Made by a program: the position numbers and the translations under genes. Positions 60,565 to 64,000 of a stretch of 64,000 bases of DNA are shown piece after piece (position 1 is the first letter of the stretch; each line of letters starts with the position of its first letter). The DNA comes from an uncultured Verrucomicrobiae bacterium (GTDB lineage Bacteria > Verrucomicrobiota > Verrucomicrobiia > Limisphaerales > UBA11358), in the NCBI GenBank assembly GCA_963786375.1, contig CAWAYP010000013.1, positions 15,479-79,478 of the forward strand, given 5' to 3'. The notes under the pieces were generated by a model that worked only from the letters and a program-made list of their open reading frames with translations, did no database searches and was not told the DNA's origin.

Positions 60565-61221
60565 TCACCGCTCCCCGGTAAGCGCATAACCCCGACCTTG
60601 CTTTTTGAGCCAGCCCGCAGTAATGCCCTTCTTGGCCAGTTTTGAAACTTGCCCTTTAGATAACCCCATCTCGGCGGCAATATCACTCGCGCCTGTTAGC
60701 CCATCCTCGATCCACTGCCGGAACACCTGAACAGTGGTCAGTTTCTTCCAGGAAACGCCCACTTTGGGCTCGGTCTTTGGTTTGTAAAAGTGCCAGCCCA
60801 TCGCCGGACATTCTTCTTCCGTTGAATTGCGATTCTTCACCAACCGCGTTATGAATTTTGCGCCGTTTTGGACCTCACCGGCTTCATTGGCTTCGGTCAA
60901 TTCAATCATCCAAAAAGCCGCATCCTCCCGCCGTGACGTGCCGCGCATGAAACCATTCCGTCCAGCGTGGGCGATGAACACAACGGCAATTTTGTTGCGC
61001 CGCAAATCCAACAACCACGGTAGAATCAATTCCCAAGCGTCAGCGTCGTTTTCTTTGACGCCCGTGAATAAGCATGAAAGATTGTCGAGAAATACGATTT
61101 CGATTTCATCCTGTTTGCATTTCTCCAGCAACGCCGCTTGCACGCTAGAATGGGTGAGATTCAAGACCTTGCCGGTAAGGTGAAACACAGCCTCATGTTG
61201 CAGGTAAAACATCCCCTCCAC
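60565..61221 (-). pseudogene. 5'-truncated RepA/AAA_25-like ATPase with C-terminal HTH
   Basis: Walker-B region IVFLDNLSCLF and AVVFIAHAGRNGFMRGTSRREDAA. C-terminal ASDIAAEMGLSKGQVSKLAKKG. There is no Walker A, and an in-frame stop lies 8 codons upstream of the first possible start. Confidence 0.6.
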
Positions 61222-61258
61222 CGGCCCGGCGGATAACCCAGCCTGCTATCATGCCCTT

Positions 61259-61456
61259 ATGAAAGCAGACTTGCGAATTTCGATCAAGGATTATCGCCGG
61301 AACAAAAATCTCAAAATCCTGCTCCAAAGTGCCAGGTTTTCTCACCGCCAGTTCTTTGTACGCATGAATGGGACACCTTGGCCCAAGGATGGCTGCCCGG
61401 TCTCATTGACCAAACTGCTGACCAGCATCCGCAAAGCACTGGTCAAAACCGGTTGA
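61259..61456 (+). CDS. hypothetical 65-aa protein
   Basis: ORF only. No motif recognised. Confidence 0.3.
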   Translation: MKADLRISIKDYRRNKNLKILLQSARFSHRQFFVRMNGTPWPKDGCPVSLTKLLTSIRKALVKTG

Positions 61457-61657
61457 ACTTCAACAAGTGTGTTTTGAGAGGTTGAATTCCAATGTCAGGG
61501 TGGATGTTACAATGACCGCCGTCAGCTTTTTGGCCCATGCCGGGGTGGTGGTGCGGTGACGGTCTCGCGCAAAAAGAGATTACTTCGTTCTGATTTCTGG
61601 TTCGGCTGCGTTTGTGGCTTCTGCTTAATCTGCCGGTATCACTCGCCTTACAAGGTG

Positions 61658-61852
61658 ATGAACACTCGCACTCTGAAAATCGAAACCGTCGGGGACTTTT
61701 TCTACGGCAAGGTAGCACCCAAAATCAGAATCTCTGGCCTGTGGCTGGAACGAGCAGGATTCAAGCCGGGGCATCGCGTCGTAGTCAACTGTGAACAGCC
61801 GGGGATTTTGACGGTTAGGTTTGTGGACCAATCCAACCTCGCGCCGAAATGA
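61658..61852 (+). CDS. SymE-family (AbrB-fold) type I toxin-like protein
   Basis: MNTRTLKIETVGDFFYGKVAPKIRISGLWLERAGFKPGHRVVVNCEQPGILTVRF matches the SymE core pattern xxLxLxGxWLxxAGFxxGxxVxV...GxLxI. ORF 61556..61852 trimmed to the ATG at 61658. Confidence 0.7.
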   Translation: MNTRTLKIETVGDFFYGKVAPKIRISGLWLERAGFKPGHRVVVNCEQPGILTVRFVDQSNLAPK

Positions 61853-62044
61853 AAGCTCGTCGTGATGCTCACGCTACGCCAAGCACAAGCCGTTGGAATT
61901 TTTGCCCGACAACCACCACAATGCCGCGCGCCGTGCGTGGCGTGGCGTGGCCGCGCTGACGAAATGGGTGATAGGAATTTCCTGCGCCTAGTGAATCTTG
62001 AAGCCTTAAATCAAGTCCTGACACCGGCAAACACGAGTGAACTT

Positions 62045-62065
62045 GTTGCCACTAAGCGTTGCCAC
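62045..62065 (+). repeat. GTTGCCAC x2, 13-bp period (tRNA-proximal partner of 58936-58955)
   Basis: cttGTTGCCACtaagcGTTGCCACtgg, 37 bp from the att repeat. Confidence 0.55.
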
Positions 62066-62101
62066 TGGTTCACTCATCCACACAAAACCATTGATTTTAT
62101 T

Positions 62102-62134
62102 GGCTGGTGGAGCCGAGGGGAGTCGAACCCCTGA
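62102..62134 (-). repeat. att repeat, tRNA-proximal copy
   Basis: Identical to 58829-58861. Overlaps tRNA positions 47-76 plus 3 nt downstream. Confidence 0.95.
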
Positions 62135-62180
62135 CCTTCTCATTGCGAACGAGACGCTCTACCAACTGAGCTACGACCCC
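62105..62180 (-). tRNA. tRNA-Ala (anticodon CGC), CCA encoded
   Basis: Hand-folded cloverleaf. Acceptor GGGGUCG/CGGCUCC with G3:U70. D-stem GCUC/GAGC. Anticodon stem UCUCG/UGAGA with loop UUCGCAA. T-arm AGGGG-UUCGACU-CCCCU. A73 and CCA. 76 nt. Confidence 0.95.
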
Positions 62181-62245
62181 GGCCAACGCTGGCTGACTTT
62201 AGCGCAAAATCGCGCCAAAGCAATACGAAATGCCCGGCAATCAGC

Positions 62246-64000
62246 TCAAGGCGCCGTGGCTTCAATCTTCAAGTCACCCGATGCTAATCCCGGCGAACTG
62301 ACTTTCAACGTCGTCGCGCCCGGTTGAGCCGAGCGAACAATGGCCAGCGCCAGTCCGTTGAATGCTTTTCGATCGTGAGACAGGAAGGATGTCAAATCCG
62401 TCGCGTCGCCGTTGTCGGTGGCCACGATTTCGCCCGGGCCGGAAGTTTCGAAATGCAGCGCCGGGTTCGCGCGCGGCACCAGCAGGCCATTCTGGTCCTC
62501 AACCTTCACCGTGATAAACGACAGGTCCCGGTCGTCCGCCGAAATCTTCCCGCGGTCGGCTTGCATCTTCCCGCGGTCGGCTTGCGCGACGAGTTTGCAG
62601 GCCGGGCCGGTGGTCTGCACCGTGTCGGTTGCCCACTTTTTGCCGGCTTGGTAGGCGACAACTTCAAGTTTGCCGGGTTGGTATTTGATGTCACCCCAGT
62701 ACAGCCGGTATTGGTGCGGCCCCTTTTTCTTCAGGCCAAGAGATTTGCCGTTGAGAAACAATTCGGCTGAATCACCGGAGGTATAAACGAAGACCGGCGT
62801 GTCTTGCCCGACGCGGTCCGGCCAGTTCCAACACTGCGGCACGATGTGCGCCATCGGCAAATCGGGACGCCAATGCGCCTGGTAAAGATAGAAACGGTCC
62901 TTTTTGAAGCCGGCCAGGTCCACGATGCCAAAGTAGGAACTGCGCGAGGGATCGTTGGGGTCATTGTAGGGCGTCGGTTCACCGAGATAATCAAACCCCG
63001 TCCACACGAATTCGCCGGCCACGAACGGATTTTCGTCCTGGCCTCTGAACTCGGTATCGGGAATCGTTGCCCACGGCGGCGCGGAGAGGTCGTAGGAACT
63101 TATTTGATCATCGAACTTGCCGTCGTTCTGGTCGGGGCTAACCGGATAAAAATATTCACCGCGCGAACTGATGCACGAGGCGGTTTCGCTGCCGAAAATC
63201 GGCAAACCGGGATTGGCCTGATGCACGCGGGCATACTCGAAGGGTTTGTAGTTGTAGCCGAAGACATCCAGGTTCGTTTGAAAACCATCAAAGCCGGACT
63301 CAATCCGGTCGCACGCGGCGGTGGTTGGCCGCGTCGGGTCTTCCTCGTGCGCGATGCGGGTCAGTTCGGCCGCGATCTGGTATCCGGCCGCCGTGTCCTG
63401 ATCGGGCACCTCGTTGCCGATGCTCCAGAGAATAATGCTGGGATGATTGCGGTCGCGCTCCAGTTCCGCGCGCCAGTCTTTCTCATGCCAGTTGTTAAAA
63501 AGCAGGTGGTAATCATTCCTGGTTTTGCCGCGCTGCCAGCAATCGAACGACTCGTCCATCACCAACATGCCCATGCGGTCGCACAAATCGAGCAGCTCCG
63601 GCGCCGGCGGGTTGTGGCTGGTGCGGATGGCGTTGCAGCCCATCTCCTGTAGAATCTCAATCTGACGCTGCAACGCGCGGACGTTGACCGCCGTGCCCAG
63701 CGCGCCCAGATCGGCGTGGTCGCAAACGCCGTTGAGGTGAACGTGTTTGCCATTCAGGAAGAAACCCTTGTCAGCATCAAATTTGATGGTCCGAATGCCG
63801 AAGGGCGTTTTGTACTGGTCCAACAGTTTGCCGTCCTGCTCAATCGAAGTAACGACGACATAGCGCTGCGGCTCTTCCAGGCTCCAAAGCCGCGGATTGT
63901 TAACCGTGATTTCCGCTTCGCTGGACTGATTTTTGTGCGGCGCGACCCGCACAGCCGTCATTGGTAATTGAAGCAACAGACTCGCCTTGGGTGTTGTTTG
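62246..64000 (-). CDS. glycoside hydrolase family 2 (beta-galactosidase/glucuronidase-like), N-terminus beyond the right window edge
   Basis: [17 protein letters not shown] (acid/base region), [14 protein letters not shown] and [13 protein letters not shown]. The frame stays open to position 64000. Confidence 0.9.
   Translation of the reverse strand, partial: QTTPKASLLLQLPMTAVRVAPHKNQSSEAEITVNNPRLWSLEEPQRYVVVTSIEQDGKLLDQYKTPFGIRTIKFDADKGFFLNGKHVHLNGVCDHADLGALGTAVNVRALQRQIEILQEMGCNAIRTSHNPPAPELLDLCDRMGMLVMDESFDCWQRGKTRNDYHLLFNNWHEKDWRAELERDRNHPSIILWSIGNEVPDQDTAAGYQIAAELTRIAHEEDPTRPTTAACDRIESGFDGFQTNLDVFGYNYKPFEYARVHQANPGLPIFGSETASCISSRGEYFYPVSPDQNDGKFDDQISSYDLSAPPWATIPDTEFRGQDENPFVAGEFVWTGFDYLGEPTPYNDPNDPSRSSYFGIVDLAGFKKDRFYLYQAHWRPDLPMAHIVPQCWNWPDRVGQDTPVFVYTSGDSAELFLNGKSLGLKKKGPHQYRLYWGDIKYQPGKLEVVAYQAGKKWATDTVQTTGPACKLVAQADRGKMQADRGKISADDRDLSFITVKVEDQNGLLVPRANPALHFETSGPGEIVATDNGDATDLTSFLSHDRKAFNGLALAIVRSAQPGATTLKVSSPGLASGDLKIEATAP
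62544..62585 (-). repeat. perfect 21-bp in-frame tandem duplication in the GH2 gene
   Basis: atcttcccgcggtcggcttgc x2 gives [14 protein letters not shown] in the protein. Confidence 0.95.

Larger units (their letters stand above)
58829..62134. mobile_element. 3.3-kb decayed integrative islet in tRNA-Ala(CGC)
   Basis: Perfect 33-bp direct repeat (58829-58861 and 62102-62134) covering the 3' 30 nt of the tRNA. The integrase lies next to the distal repeat. GTTGCCAC pairs lie inside both ends. Confidence 0.8.

Overview
This 64-kb window is moderately GC-rich. Its gene content suggests Verrucomicrobiota or Planctomycetota (inference only): an H-X9-DG prepilin-like protein, a PEP-CTERM remnant, a giant DUF11-repeat adhesin ending in ...FYRVILVLNP, and a sigma-54 two-component pair. 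Layout: (i) 1-4.4 kb holds core genes: a PAS histidine kinase running off the left edge, a Gly/Trp-rich lipoprotein and a BNR/Asp-box repeat protein. (ii) 4.46-35.0 kb looks like a tandem array of three integrase-associated elements. E1 (~27 kb) is bounded by a 23-bp direct repeat resembling a tRNA 3' end, with matching octamer pairs just inside each end. Its left half is a mobilisation/defence module riddled with frameshifts: integrase, MobF relaxase, AAA+ ATPase, DEDDh exonuclease, GmrSD-like DUF262/DUF1524 nuclease, ParA-like protein and an iteron array. Its right half looks AT-richer by eye and carries a duplicated gene cassette that I cannot assign to a described system. The cassette has four parts: a MauE/DoxX-like 4-TM protein with a CxCLG motif, a C-terminally anchored protein, a small Cys-rich secreted protein, and a Wzy_C/O-antigen-ligase-like protein. 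Penta- and heptanucleotide microsatellites lie in and around it. E2 has an intact integrase plus gene debris, and E3 is an integrase wreck. (iii) 35.0-47.7 kb is a minus-strand operon for a ~3,750-codon DUF11 adhesin, a 40-aa TM peptide and a beta-barrel protein. The adhesin contains 18 near-identical 357-bp repeats, and a single 1-nt deletion splits its ORF. A sigma-54-type -24/-12 motif precedes the operon. (iv) 48-58 kb holds ordinary genes: a TIM-barrel isomerase, an FN3 protein, an NtrB/NtrC-like pair, an LptF/G permease, an SDR and a large secreted hypothetical. (v) 58.8-62.1 kb is a 3.3-kb decayed islet inserted in tRNA-Ala(CGC), with a perfect 33-bp att repeat, a triple-frameshifted integrase, a RepA-like fragment with iterons and a SymE-like toxin. 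(vi) A GH2 glycosidase runs off the right edge. No rRNA, CRISPR array or reverse transcriptase was seen.
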